Origin: a virus
Taxonomy: Duplodnaviria > Caudoviricetes
Virus record (IMG/VR): IMGVR_UViG_3300030376_001553
Location: 1-32,562 of that record
Length of the DNA stretch: 32,562 nt
Direction: 5' to 3' (one strand)
Part shown: positions 17,846 to 26,847 of the stretch, piece by piece
How the letters are laid out: each line of letters opens with the position of its first letter
Numbering within the stretch: position 1 is the first letter of the stretch
Notes under the pieces: model-generated
The model's database searches: none
The model's input: only the letters and a program-made list of their open reading frames with translations
Told to the model about the DNA's origin: nothing
Position numbers and translations under genes: made by a program

Positions 17846-18064
17846 TTAACCAATACGAACTGATAAGTCAGCATAGATGCTAACCTTTTTTTTGGCTTTA
17901 ATAGCATTTACGTAAAGTTCATAAGTTTGAGGCTTCTCTTCTTTTAATCTTTCAATGAGAAGTTCAAGCTTACTTTTAGGGGCCACCTTTTCTACTACTG
18001 GCTCCTCTTTAGTTACCACCACCTTCGGTTGGGGCGACTTCTTGCTCGGTCCTGATTGAGTCAT
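17846..18064 (-). CDS. Hypothetical 72-aa protein
   Basis: Fills the portal-scaffold gap, overlaps the portal 3' end by 56 nt and stops 2 nt before the scaffold ATG. Confidence 0.6.
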   Translation of the reverse strand: MTQSGPSKKSPQPKVVVTKEEPVVEKVAPKSKLELLIERLKEEKPQTYELYVNAIKAKKKVSIYADLSVRIG

Positions 18065-19610
18065 TTTCGGCTTTTAATAATGCGGCTTGTTTTGCAGGAT
18101 CATTGCTTGGATCTTGCAACGCCTGTTGTTCCTGCATCATCATAGCTTGTTGTTGCTCTTCAGCCATCAAATCTTCTTCAGATTTAATTAGCTTGTAAAT
18201 ATCAAGACCATCTGAGGCGGCTAATCTGGTTATCATTTCACGACTATTTACAAACTTAGCCATTTGATCTGGACCTATAGTTTGAGCCAAGGTAGTTATA
18301 AATTCAATTAACTTAGCTTTATCATTACCTCTACCTAAAGCATCAAGACCAGTTGTAATACGAGGTCTAACAACATTCTTAGGAAGTTTAGGTAGACTCC
18401 CACTCTTCTCCATAAGAGCCATCTTCCTATTAACTAAAGGTAGTTGTAGTTCTACAGAAAGTATGGAATATACTCCCCCTAATCCTGATTCCAACTCCTG
18501 TGCGACCATTCGTATCTCTTCCGCAGTAACACGGTCCCTACCTGCAGCTCCAGCTTGAATAGCACTATTAAGTAGGAAAGCAAAACTAAGTCTCTGTTCA
18601 ATCCTTGCAATCGTATTTAAGGCAACCGTAAGGTCCGCTTGCTTCTGCATTTGCAGGGGAGCTACGTCATTAGGATTACCAGCCACAATGCTACCATTAG
18701 CGGCTCTAGCCAGTGAATCTGGTCGTGTAGTTCCATTTGGGTTACATAAGAATATAATCTTAGCTGCAGCCGCACTACCCTCAACGATTGCTTTTGAGAG
18801 ATACTCTAAAGATTTAAGGTCACCTAGCAGCTCTTCACAGAATGAACGTCCATAAGCTTCATGAGCTACACGGTAGAGCCTCAATGGAATCCAAGGTGCC
18901 TTTTCTATAGGTACTGAACCATCTTTACCTACTTTCTTTCCGTAAGCCTCTTGGTACCACTTACATCTATCTTTGTCATAGTCCCACGTTATGTAGGTAT
19001 AAAGGAAAACAGATCTATCTAAAAGACCACCCTCTGCATTCTTAGGTGCTGTACCTTCTGGTAATACTTCAGGGTTTACTTCTTCTCTAACTACTACTTC
19101 AAGAATATTTCCTTCTGGATCTCTATTTAGACAGAAAGATTTTAATGGATAAACCCTAGTACCTTTCTCTGTAACATAGAGTAAAGCGTTGCCACCTATA
19201 ATTAAATGCTTTAAAGCTTCAAATAATGCAGTACGATCTCCAGACTCTTCAATGTTACGCATCACTGCACGTTCCATTAAAGAAAGCTTCTGTTCAAACT
19301 CCGATTGTAAATCTTTAAAGTTATCTAATTCTTGTTGTAGTTTTATATCATCTACAGATAATCTAAAAAATGCTTGGTTTGGAGGTAGAAGAGCAATTAA
19401 TAGTTTAGCTGCTAAGTTATTAACACCTCTGGCCCCCAAGCCTTGATATGTAGTTGTTATTTTGTTATAGAAATTCTTACCAGTACTTCTATCGTTATCA
19501 GTGATAAGTGTAGGTAAAGTATATTTACTACACTCAATTGCACGATCTAAATATATAGTTTTTTCAGGTTCTAAAAATAGATACCTAGATTCAGCTTTGC
19601 CTTTAGACAT
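18009..19610 (-). CDS. Portal / head-tail connector (gp8-like)
   Basis: YQGLGARGVNNLAAKLLIALLPP..FFRL, LIIGGNALLY, RDPEGN, YGRSFCEE.LGDL, RVTAEEIR and TGLDALGRG. Confidence 0.97.
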   Translation of the reverse strand: MSKGKAESRYLFLEPEKTIYLDRAIECSKYTLPTLITDNDRSTGKNFYNKITTTYQGLGARGVNNLAAKLLIALLPPNQAFFRLSVDDIKLQQELDNFKDLQSEFEQKLSLMERAVMRNIEESGDRTALFEALKHLIIGGNALLYVTEKGTRVYPLKSFCLNRDPEGNILEVVVREEVNPEVLPEGTAPKNAEGGLLDRSVFLYTYITWDYDKDRCKWYQEAYGKKVGKDGSVPIEKAPWIPLRLYRVAHEAYGRSFCEELLGDLKSLEYLSKAIVEGSAAAAKIIFLCNPNGTTRPDSLARAANGSIVAGNPNDVAPLQMQKQADLTVALNTIARIEQRLSFAFLLNSAIQAGAAGRDRVTAEEIRMVAQELESGLGGVYSILSVELQLPLVNRKMALMEKSGSLPKLPKNVVRPRITTGLDALGRGNDKAKLIEFITTLAQTIGPDQMAKFVNSREMITRLAASDGLDIYKLIKSEEDLMAEEQQQAMMMQEQQALQDPSNDPAKQAALLKAENDSIRTEQEVAPTEGGGN

Positions 19611-20094
19611 TAGTTCCTAGCCCTGTAGAAGAATCCCCTGGAGAACCAGAAGCACCGCCTCCTAATCCAGAGTCTATTGTAAGTTTAGTTCGCATACTCT
19701 CTGGCGTACCTCTTTTAGCAGTGCGTTTAGCTTTACTTACAACACTTCCTGGTCTCTGTCTAGCAATAGCTGATTGTAGCTGTTGCTGGTGGATCATTAA
19801 ATTAGACTGAGCTGCTTGCTGTGCCTGAGCTGCTTGTGCTTGTTGTGTAGCTGAATCTGCAGCATCTATTGAAGCTTGAGTTTGTGCCTTACTTTGTTCT
19901 ATCTGCAAGTTAAATTGTTCAGATCTAGCTGCAGCGTCAGCTTGCATTTGAGCTAACTCTTTTTCAGCAGCATCCTTAGCTTGAGCTGTTCTATCTCTAG
20001 CATCTTGAGCTTGCTGTCTAATTGAGTCAGCAGTCTTACTGCCTTGATAAAGGCCAGCTCCTAAAATAGCAAGGGCGGTCCAAGGTATTGGCAT
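19603..20094 (-). CDS. Small virion/ejection protein (gp6.7/gp7.3-like position)
   Basis: Hydrophobic N-terminus, Gln/Ala coiled coil, basic patch and Gly-rich C-terminus (..GLGTNV), immediately upstream of the portal. Confidence 0.6.
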   Translation of the reverse strand: MPIPWTALAILGAGLYQGSKTADSIRQQAQDARDRTAQAKDAAEKELAQMQADAAARSEQFNLQIEQSKAQTQASIDAADSATQQAQAAQAQQAAQSNLMIHQQQLQSAIARQRPGSVVSKAKRTAKRGTPESMRTKLTIDSGLGGGASGSPGDSSTGLGTNV

Positions 20095-20103
20095 TTATGT
20101 ACC

Positions 20104-20286
20104 TCAGTTGTACTTAGTTTCTTCTTGTAGTCTAAACTGTTCTTTCAAATGACGTACAACCGCCACCTGTCCAGCAGTAAACCAAATAAGTTTCTCTTCC
20201 ATACTAATATCTGGAGCCTGATCTGGATAGACTTCTTCCAAGTATTTGATTATATCCTCAGTTAAGGTAGGTATCATTCTATCCAA
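20104..20286 (-). CDS. Small podovirus protein (gp6.5-like position)
   Basis: YLEEVYPDQAP..IWFTAGQVAVVRHL resembles small ORFs upstream of portal genes in marine T7-like phages. Confidence 0.7.
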   Translation of the reverse strand: MDRMIPTLTEDIIKYLEEVYPDQAPDISMEEKLIWFTAGQVAVVRHLKEQFRLQEETKYN

Positions 20287-21052
20287 TTAATAGTTTACCT
20301 GCCTTATCTTTTGGTCCTTTTGTCTTACCTTTAGCAGAACCAGTTTTACCTGTACCACCTAAACCACTTACAGATTTAACAGTAGTACCAGCAATGCCTG
20401 GCTGACCTGCTGATTTAGTTTTTACTAATTTAGCTTTAGCTGCGGCTGCGGCTGCATCTCTTAATTTCTGTTGTTGTATTTTAGAAATAGTAGCTTCTCT
20501 TTGTTTAGTAGCGTAAGCAATTTTAGCTTTACCTTCCTTTTGTGCTTTTGTTTGAGATGCTTGTGCAGACTCTGCATCTGCTTGAGCTTTAGTTACTTTA
20601 GCTTCACCTTCTTCTTTTTGAAGTTTATAAGCTGATTGTCTATCTGCTATATTTTTGTTTATCTCTTCAGCAGTTTTGTTATATTCATCTGTAGCTTTTT
20701 TCCTTTCTTCTTCAGCTTCTTTAGTAGCTTTCTTAGCTTCGTTTTCTGCAGCAGTAATACCAGTTACGTCTTTAGCTCCAGCTATAGCTTTATTAGCTAC
20801 GTACTGAACAGGTTGTTTAACTACGTTAACAGTCTTATCTACTGCTTTTGATACTGCCTTACCAGCACCCGTTACTGCTTTTGATACAGTTTTAACAGCT
20901 CTCTTAAAGAACCTACCAATCCTCCATTCAAAGAATTGTTTGAATAGTTCCTCCTCTTCCTTCTTATCCTCTATAACAGGATCTACTTCTGCATAGGCAT
21001 AAGCAAAATCATAAGGATTAAAAAGTCTGTCAAACCAATTTTTGTTAGGCAT
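20279..21052 (-). CDS. Lys/Ala-rich putative virion/ejection protein
   Basis: Likely start MPNKNWF at 21052, overlapping the nrdB stop. Contains a cationic amphipathic segment GRFFKRAVKTVSKAV, a coiled coil and a basic Gly-rich tail. Confidence 0.65.
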   Translation of the reverse strand: MPNKNWFDRLFNPYDFAYAYAEVDPVIEDKKEEEELFKQFFEWRIGRFFKRAVKTVSKAVTGAGKAVSKAVDKTVNVVKQPVQYVANKAIAGAKDVTGITAAENEAKKATKEAEEERKKATDEYNKTAEEINKNIADRQSAYKLQKEEGEAKVTKAQADAESAQASQTKAQKEGKAKIAYATKQREATISKIQQQKLRDAAAAAAKAKLVKTKSAGQPGIAGTTVKSVSGLGGTGKTGSAKGKTKGPKDKAGKLLIG

Positions 21053-21761
21053 AGCTAGGTAAATCTGAATTGCTGGTCTCAAAGAACGCTGGCATTCTAG
21101 CTCTTTGTGTATCTTTTAAACCCTCTGCCTTACCAGCATACATCAGATTATCACTCTGATCTAGCCAAAACTGTTTATTCAGATAGCGTTCTTCTGAATT
21201 TTTCAAGGGTTCAAATATCCAGTTAATTGTGGCCTTCCTAAGTTTATCCAAAGATTGACTAGGAGATAAGCCCAACTCGTCACATACAAGGCTATTAGCG
21301 GCCACGTGTATTTGTTCGTCTCTGGAAATATCAGCCGATACCGTTCGGAGACCAGAATCGCCATTAAACCTAAAGAAAGGCAGAATAACAAAGAAGATTG
21401 CACGTTCAGCTACCAGTGCTTTAAGGATAGTGTGATCGGGGTGAGCCATCCAAGCATCACGTAAGCGGATTGCTTCGGCCTCAGCTTTTTCATCAACACC
21501 ATGAGCCTGAGTGACAAAATGAAGAGCAAGGTCATGTCTTTCTTCGTCCTTTACGTTCGATTGTAGAAGTTCTCTAGATAAGTCAGGAATCTCTTTGAGA
21601 GCTTCTGATATGAAATTGCCAACTGGTAATTCCATGTGCCGTATTGCAAGAGCACGGTAGATGGCTTCTTCTGCTCCATGACGTAGTTCTCCTTTAGTAG
21701 TTTGAACAGGTGTCCAAGTACGCTTCCTTTCTAGAAGCTTTTGATATGGATGCTTTCTCAT
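21045..21761 (-). CDS. nrdB: Class I ribonucleotide reductase beta subunit, compact cyanopodovirus type
   Basis: Ferritin-like ligands MEL, DEERH, AER and DEQIH; C-terminal Tyr (LPSYA); start MRKHPYQ at 21761 coupled (ATGA) to the alpha stop. Confidence 0.9.
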   Translation of the reverse strand: MRKHPYQKLLERKRTWTPVQTTKGELRHGAEEAIYRALAIRHMELPVGNFISEALKEIPDLSRELLQSNVKDEERHDLALHFVTQAHGVDEKAEAEAIRLRDAWMAHPDHTILKALVAERAIFFVILPFFRFNGDSGLRTVSADISRDEQIHVAANSLVCDELGLSPSQSLDKLRKATINWIFEPLKNSEERYLNKQFWLDQSDNLMYAGKAEGLKDTQRARMPAFFETSNSDLPSYA

Positions 21762-23155
21762 TCTGCACAATCGCAAGTGGGTTCTGGCTTATCAGCTAAT
21801 ATTTCATTCAGATACTCGTCAACATCTACTTCACTAAGGGCAGCGTAAGCGTCTGTTTTATCTTGTGTATCTGGCATTACCTGTAAAGAATAATATAGAC
21901 TCTTTAGCGGAGAATTTAACCATCTTGACATAAATTGCCTATCAAAAGTAGTCATATCACTCCACCAATTCATAGAGATTGCGTGTCCTAGTCTGGTTTT
22001 ATCCATCATGACTTGCCACTCTGCATTTAGTTCAAAAAATGTATCCCAACCTACTTCCTGTGATGTTTCACAGTTCGGATGGAACTTATAATTATGTACC
22101 CCAAGAGTAGAACTATCACGGTCTACCTCCCTACTAATTGGAGGAGCAATTTCTGGTGAGGTGGTGTGACCTTCTCTATCCACATAGCGATACGCACAGG
22201 AGGCTGTAGGAGCTACTGTAAATGCTCTCGACATATCATAAGACCTAGCGACCTCTGCAGCCTTCAGGAAGCCGATACCAATAGCACCTACAATTGCATC
22301 AGCAGTTGATTCATAACGCTTAACTCCTAAGTTCCAACGTCTTAATGAATCAACAAACTCAGCATAAGTAACACCTTCAATAGCTAATAGGTTTGATAAA
22401 CCTAATACACCAAGACCTACTTGGTTATCTCTTTTCTCATAAATAGATGATTCATCAACACCTGTTTTCTTATGAAGTTCACATAAGAATTTCATACCAT
22501 CTGCAAAGGCATCAACAATTTCATTGATCTTAGTCATCCCCAAATTTACGTGAGAAAGTAAACAGGTATCTCTACTCTTAAGTAATATTTCTTGACATAC
22601 ATTATGGTAAATTCTTTCACCATCTGAATCATATTGCTTCTTAACAATCCATATATCTCCTTTCCTAGCACCCTCCATTATTGCGTGTAGAACATTAGGC
22701 TTATTGATTACGTCTTCATCAACATTAACGCAACGTTTAACCCAAGGTATTCGACTCCGATCATAATTAATAAACTCAATAATATCAGGATGGTCGTAAT
22801 CACAATGATTAACAATCGCACCATTTCTGTAGGTACCACCTCTTCTAAGGACTTCGTTGAACTTGCTATAGATCTCCATGAATCCGCATGGACCTGATGC
22901 GACCATTCCATGTTCATTCTTTGTACCTTTTGCTCTTAACTTTGAAAGGTGGATACTAACTCCAGCACCATACCTTAATGCTTTACTAGCAAATAAGAAC
23001 GACCCTTCCAATCCGTCTTTATGCTCATCCATTGTGTCCTCACACACGAAAACCGTGCATGACACTGGATAGCGTCTTGTAGGGTTCTCAAGCCAACTCT
23101 CTACCCTACCAGTCATGGCTATTGAAGGGTTAAGTGGAGCTTCTTTAAGTTTCAT
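21758..23155 (-). CDS. nrdA: Class I ribonucleotide reductase alpha subunit, compact cyanopodovirus type
   Basis: PVSC, GAGV, NVCQE (N-x-C-x-E), TCLL, APTASC, KSLYY (tandem Tyr) and C-terminal CDC; no ATP cone. Confidence 0.95.
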   Translation of the reverse strand: MKLKEAPLNPSIAMTGRVESWLENPTRRYPVSCTVFVCEDTMDEHKDGLEGSFLFASKALRYGAGVSIHLSKLRAKGTKNEHGMVASGPCGFMEIYSKFNEVLRRGGTYRNGAIVNHCDYDHPDIIEFINYDRSRIPWVKRCVNVDEDVINKPNVLHAIMEGARKGDIWIVKKQYDSDGERIYHNVCQEILLKSRDTCLLSHVNLGMTKINEIVDAFADGMKFLCELHKKTGVDESSIYEKRDNQVGLGVLGLSNLLAIEGVTYAEFVDSLRRWNLGVKRYESTADAIVGAIGIGFLKAAEVARSYDMSRAFTVAPTASCAYRYVDREGHTTSPEIAPPISREVDRDSSTLGVHNYKFHPNCETSQEVGWDTFFELNAEWQVMMDKTRLGHAISMNWWSDMTTFDRQFMSRWLNSPLKSLYYSLQVMPDTQDKTDAYAALSEVDVDEYLNEILADKPEPTCDCAE

Positions 23156-23514
23156 AGGTCTGAAAATGATGGAGGTTGATAATTTTTACCCTTTTGAACC
23201 TTACCGTCTACGTATTCAAAAGGTATTTTTGTCTGGTTAGAAGCGTACACTCTTCCAAATGCTTCATCAGCATCTATGCCTAGAAGGTGTAATAAACCAT
23301 AGCTTACCCAGATAAGATCTACGGATTCTTTGATGATTTCGTCTCTCCTACCGTTAGCGTAGGCTTGGACTAATTCGTTGTACTCTTCATCAATAAAACT
23401 GCATTGAAGATCCACCACGTCAGGGGCATGATGAGTAGATGAATCAAGGCCATTTAATTGACCTGCTTCACTCATCCAGTGCTTGACTTTTTGGGCGTTG
23501 GTGCTCTTCATCAT
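23152..23514 (-). CDS. MazG-like / PRA-PH all-alpha NTP pyrophosphohydrolase
   Basis: FIDEEYNEL..KESVDLIWV.YG..V..SN.TK..DGKVQKGKNYQPP; probable start MMKST at 23514. Confidence 0.88.
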   Translation of the reverse strand: MMKSTNAQKVKHWMSEAGQLNGLDSSTHHAPDVVDLQCSFIDEEYNELVQAYANGRRDEIIKESVDLIWVSYGLLHLLGIDADEAFGRVYASNQTKIPFEYVDGKVQKGKNYQPPSFSDL

Positions 23515-23767
23515 CTGAGTTTTCGATAAGGGAATTATATAAAGATAAGTCATGCGGCTTCATTTTTCTCTCTTCTCTCTGGATTAGACGATCAAGATAC
23601 CATTTAGCTTTCTTAAGATCCTCTAGTCCATTCTTATTTTCGTAACGAGTAACATATTTTATTACGTTACCCTCAAGAAAATCGAAGGCATGGCTATCTA
23701 TGTAGTCGATACATTCAACTACTCCGTCTTCTCCGTATCCGTAGTAGCTAGGGTTAGTGGTGTCCAT
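23468..23767 (-). CDS. DUF3310 protein (T7 gp1.7 nucleotide-kinase-like)
   Basis: NPSYY..ECIDYI..FLEGNVIKYVTRY..KNGLEDLKKAKWYL. Confidence 0.9.
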   Translation of the reverse strand: MDTTNPSYYGYGEDGVVECIDYIDSHAFDFLEGNVIKYVTRYENKNGLEDLKKAKWYLDRLIQREERKMKPHDLSLYNSLIENSDDEEHQRPKSQALDE

Positions 23768-24510
23768 AGTTGAACTTCATCAAAGGTGTACTCCGTATTA
23801 CGAAGAATACGAGCAAGCCTAGCTTGGTTCAGGGCTTGCACCTTACTTAAACCTTTCTTCTTATACTGTTCAACTACCACTCTCCATGCGGAGGCTTCTG
23901 TGAATCCTTCCAAGGGTATGAGCTTTTCTGCCGTTTTCGGCCCAATAGAAGGGCAGCCACTATAACCGTCAACGGTATCCCCGATAAGACACTGACGGTA
24001 AAAAAAGGCATCGGCTTCTGTTTGTGTGATTTCGTAGAGGTTTCCCTCGTTATCTAGGTGAGTACCTGCAATCTGTTTAAGATCCTTATCCCCTGACCAA
24101 ATAACTGTGTTTTTATAAGTACCTCTAGTACCCAGAATACCAAGAACATCATCTGCTTCAAGATTTTTCCAACACTCAGATGGGTGATTACTTTCTGCCC
24201 ATTTTCTAGCTTCTCTAAATCCTACAGGTTTTACTCGATGATTTGTAGCTCTTCTATTTGCTTTGTAAGTTTCATCTACAGTTTTACGAAAGTTTTTACC
24301 ATCAGTCCAACAAAGAATATATTCATCAGCATTAGCTTGCTGTCGTTTAATGTTTAATAAAGCTTCAAATTCAAAACGTACAGCAGCTAAAGGTAAGTGA
24401 GTAGTAATTATATCTGGCTGCCATTCAATCTCTACTTCTGAATTTAATACGGTCTTATATAGAAGCATATCTGCATCTATTAAGAGCGTATTAGATGTCG
24501 CAGATCCCAT
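23719..24510 (-). CDS. 5'-3' exonuclease (T7 gp6-like)
   Basis: LLIDAD, NFRK, YKANR, LEADDVLG, DKDL and GDTVDGYSGCPSIGPKTA. Confidence 0.95.
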   Translation of the reverse strand: MGSATSNTLLIDADMLLYKTVLNSEVEIEWQPDIITTHLPLAAVRFEFEALLNIKRQQANADEYILCWTDGKNFRKTVDETYKANRRATNHRVKPVGFREARKWAESNHPSECWKNLEADDVLGILGTRGTYKNTVIWSGDKDLKQIAGTHLDNEGNLYEITQTEADAFFYRQCLIGDTVDGYSGCPSIGPKTAEKLIPLEGFTEASAWRVVVEQYKKKGLSKVQALNQARLARILRNTEYTFDEVQLWTPLTLATTDTEKTE

Positions 24511-25015
24511 TAATATCTTTCTCAGGTTCTTGAATATTATCTGCTTTCTTTAAATACTCAACTGCTTTTGTGACACCTTCTAAATTGTCACCTAGTTTTC
24601 CGATACCTACATTACAGTCCCAACAAATCCATCCTCTATGTTCTTTAGTGCCGTGATCATGGTCCCATTGAAGGTTTCTAGTACTATCACCACAACATTC
24701 ACATGGAGTTCCTGGGTCTGGAGTTACTTGATGCTTACGGATTCTGTGATAAAGATTTAGGTTATAACGATAACACTTTATACATTCAGACCTAGAACCA
24801 ATAGCACCTTGTCTGTAGAAATCATCTAAAGATTTTTCTTGCTTACAAGTTTTACAAACCTTAGTGGCATTCGGCCCAGTTGTTTCCAATTTTATATTCC
24901 GACTCAACTGCAATTCGCATTCTAAGCTGTTCTCCTGCTTTTTTTGATGCTTCAGTAGCGATGAGTGCGAGCTGTTCTGAAAATTCAGCTCTAACTGCAA
25001 ATTGGATTTCGTCAT
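24491..25015 (-). CDS. Endonuclease VII-like (His-Me finger) nuclease, possible homing endonuclease; start uncertain
   Basis: CECCG..DHDH..RGWICWDCNVGIG.LGDN..AVEYL, plus an N-terminal Zn finger CKTC..F..CIKC. Confidence 0.88.
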   Translation of the reverse strand: MTKSNLQLELNFQNSSHSSLLKHQKKQENSLECELQLSRNIKLETTGPNATKVCKTCKQEKSLDDFYRQGAIGSRSECIKCYRYNLNLYHRIRKHQVTPDPGTPCECCGDSTRNLQWDHDHGTKEHRGWICWDCNVGIGKLGDNLEGVTKAVEYLKKADNIQEPEKDINGICDI

Positions 25016-26729
25016 GTATGTGAGCTAAAAAAGTCCAATCAGTTCCATATACAAGACCTGACTTAGTTATATCTTCATAGCAGATGTTATACCACACCTT
25101 AGATATTATTGCTCCACAAGACTGAAGAAGAAAATTCAAAGAACTATGTGGTGACCTGACTTTTATAGGTCTTCCATCTATAGCATTTAATACTCCTACG
25201 TTCTCTGCCTTAGCTGTTACTCTCTTAGTTAATTCTGCTAACGCTGGCATATTTTTATAGTAAGTCTTCTTCAATTTCTTCCCATCCATACCAGTGATCT
25301 TAGAAAGTTTCTCTCCACCCACACCATAAATTAGGGCATAGAAAAATGTTTTAGCTAAGTCACGGTTTGGCAAACCTGCAGCCTCTTGATTAGCAGTGTG
25401 TATGTCGCCCTCTAAAACCTCAAGACCAAACTTTCCTTCATCAAAGGGCCACAAGTAATGTGCCAAACATCTAGCCTCAATTCCCGAAAGGTCCACGCCA
25501 ACCTGTTTGGTGGCAGATTCAATCGTGTTCTTATTTACTGTCCCAGTGGGACTGGACAAAACGTTAGGTCCAAACAGTAACCGACACTGTTCCCCAAGTA
25601 CTGACCTAACTGCTGGTACCTGAGCAGTGTTGGGATTGACGTGTGACGCTCTCTGAGTAGCACATCCGACTGTAATAACACTGCCGTGGATACAGCCATC
25701 AGGCTGGACCAGACGCAGCCAAGCATTGTTTCCAGTGCTTAGCTGGCCTAATCGTTTTTGAAGCGTTAAAGACTCAACAAAGTCTTCTGCTCCAGAAATC
25801 TCCTTAAGAACTGTCTCATCGATCTTTGGTTTCCCTGAATCGGTAAGTACTTCTGCACACCACTGCAAATGATTCTTAAGTACCCAAGCTATATGATCCC
25901 TTGAATTGGGATTCAAAGGAGTCAAGCGGCACATAGTTGCATTAGCTACATACCCTCTTGATTTGTCATTACGCTTAGGAGTAAAGATTCCTCCGTCAAC
26001 GAAAGGGAACCGTTGTCTCAATCTTTCGTCAAGAATATTCAGTTTTTCAACAATCTTAGCTTCAAGCTCTAATGCACCCTTCTCATCAAACTTGAAACCA
26101 GATTGCTCCTGTTTAGAGATAAGAGTGGCAAACTCCATCTCAAGGTTGACTGCTAAGGGAAACAGTTCAACCTTCGGCTGCAGCCTGTCCCATAACTTAG
26201 CAGTTACGTCAACATCACAGACACACCTCTCTGCTAAATCATCAGATAACCTACTGAAATCTTCTAAATCTGCATGTTTCTTCTGAAGACCTAAGCGGTA
26301 TCCATAAGCTTCAAGCTTGTGTCTTCCATAAAGTTGTATAGGCATCCCCTCCCATTTCTTTCTGTAATCAATATCCAAAATGTCTGAATAGAACATCCTT
26401 GAAAGGATAAGAGTATCTAATAACTTTCCCTTTGGTTTAAATTCTGGATAAAGATGTTTTATACAAACCAAATCATATTGAATAATATTGTGACCTATTA
26501 ATACATCTGCCTTTTCTAAAATCGGTATCCACTCCTTCGGGTGGGTGTATAGCACAGTACCTTCACCATTGTTAATGGCACAGCACCAGATGTTAGTCAC
26601 ATCATTTTTCCTTAAAGCGTTTGTTTCTATATCGAATATTGCTATCGATGTGGAGCTTGAGTTTGTTTTTGCGACAGTATTTGATAAGTTTTTCGAGGGT
26701 TGCGTAGTTGAAAGAGTAGACGAAGTCAT
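24861..26729 (-). CDS. Family A DNA polymerase (T7 gp5-like)
   Basis: Exo I FDIET, Exo II GHNIIQYD, motif A DLSGIEAR, motif B RDLAKTFFYALIYG and motif C HDE. The short thumb insert suggests no full thioredoxin-binding domain. Confidence 0.97.
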   Translation of the reverse strand: MTSSTLSTTQPSKNLSNTVAKTNSSSTSIAIFDIETNALRKNDVTNIWCCAINNGEGTVLYTHPKEWIPILEKADVLIGHNIIQYDLVCIKHLYPEFKPKGKLLDTLILSRMFYSDILDIDYRKKWEGMPIQLYGRHKLEAYGYRLGLQKKHADLEDFSRLSDDLAERCVCDVDVTAKLWDRLQPKVELFPLAVNLEMEFATLISKQEQSGFKFDEKGALELEAKIVEKLNILDERLRQRFPFVDGGIFTPKRNDKSRGYVANATMCRLTPLNPNSRDHIAWVLKNHLQWCAEVLTDSGKPKIDETVLKEISGAEDFVESLTLQKRLGQLSTGNNAWLRLVQPDGCIHGSVITVGCATQRASHVNPNTAQVPAVRSVLGEQCRLLFGPNVLSSPTGTVNKNTIESATKQVGVDLSGIEARCLAHYLWPFDEGKFGLEVLEGDIHTANQEAAGLPNRDLAKTFFYALIYGVGGEKLSKITGMDGKKLKKTYYKNMPALAELTKRVTAKAENVGVLNAIDGRPIKVRSPHSSLNFLLQSCGAIISKVWYNICYEDITKSGLVYGTDWTFLAHIHDEIQFAVRAEFSEQLALIATEASKKAGEQLRMRIAVESEYKIGNNWAECH

Positions 26730-26847
26730 TGACTTTAAAAAAGGATTGAAGGGAGCGTTTAGATTCCTCAGTCGCTGCTAACGCTGAGAGTTTTACGTCA
26801 TTTATTCTTGTAATAAATACGTCAAAAGTCGGGTGTAGCATAACCAT
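26602..26847 (-). CDS. Hypothetical ~80-aa protein bridging primase and polymerase
   Basis: ATG at 26847 (or 26841) with GAGG upstream; overlaps the primase end and the first 128 nt of the polymerase ORF. Confidence 0.55.
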   Translation of the reverse strand: MVMLHPTFDVFITRINDVKLSALAATEESKRSLQSFFKVNDFVYSFNYATLEKLIKYCRKNKLKLHIDSNIRYRNKRFKEK

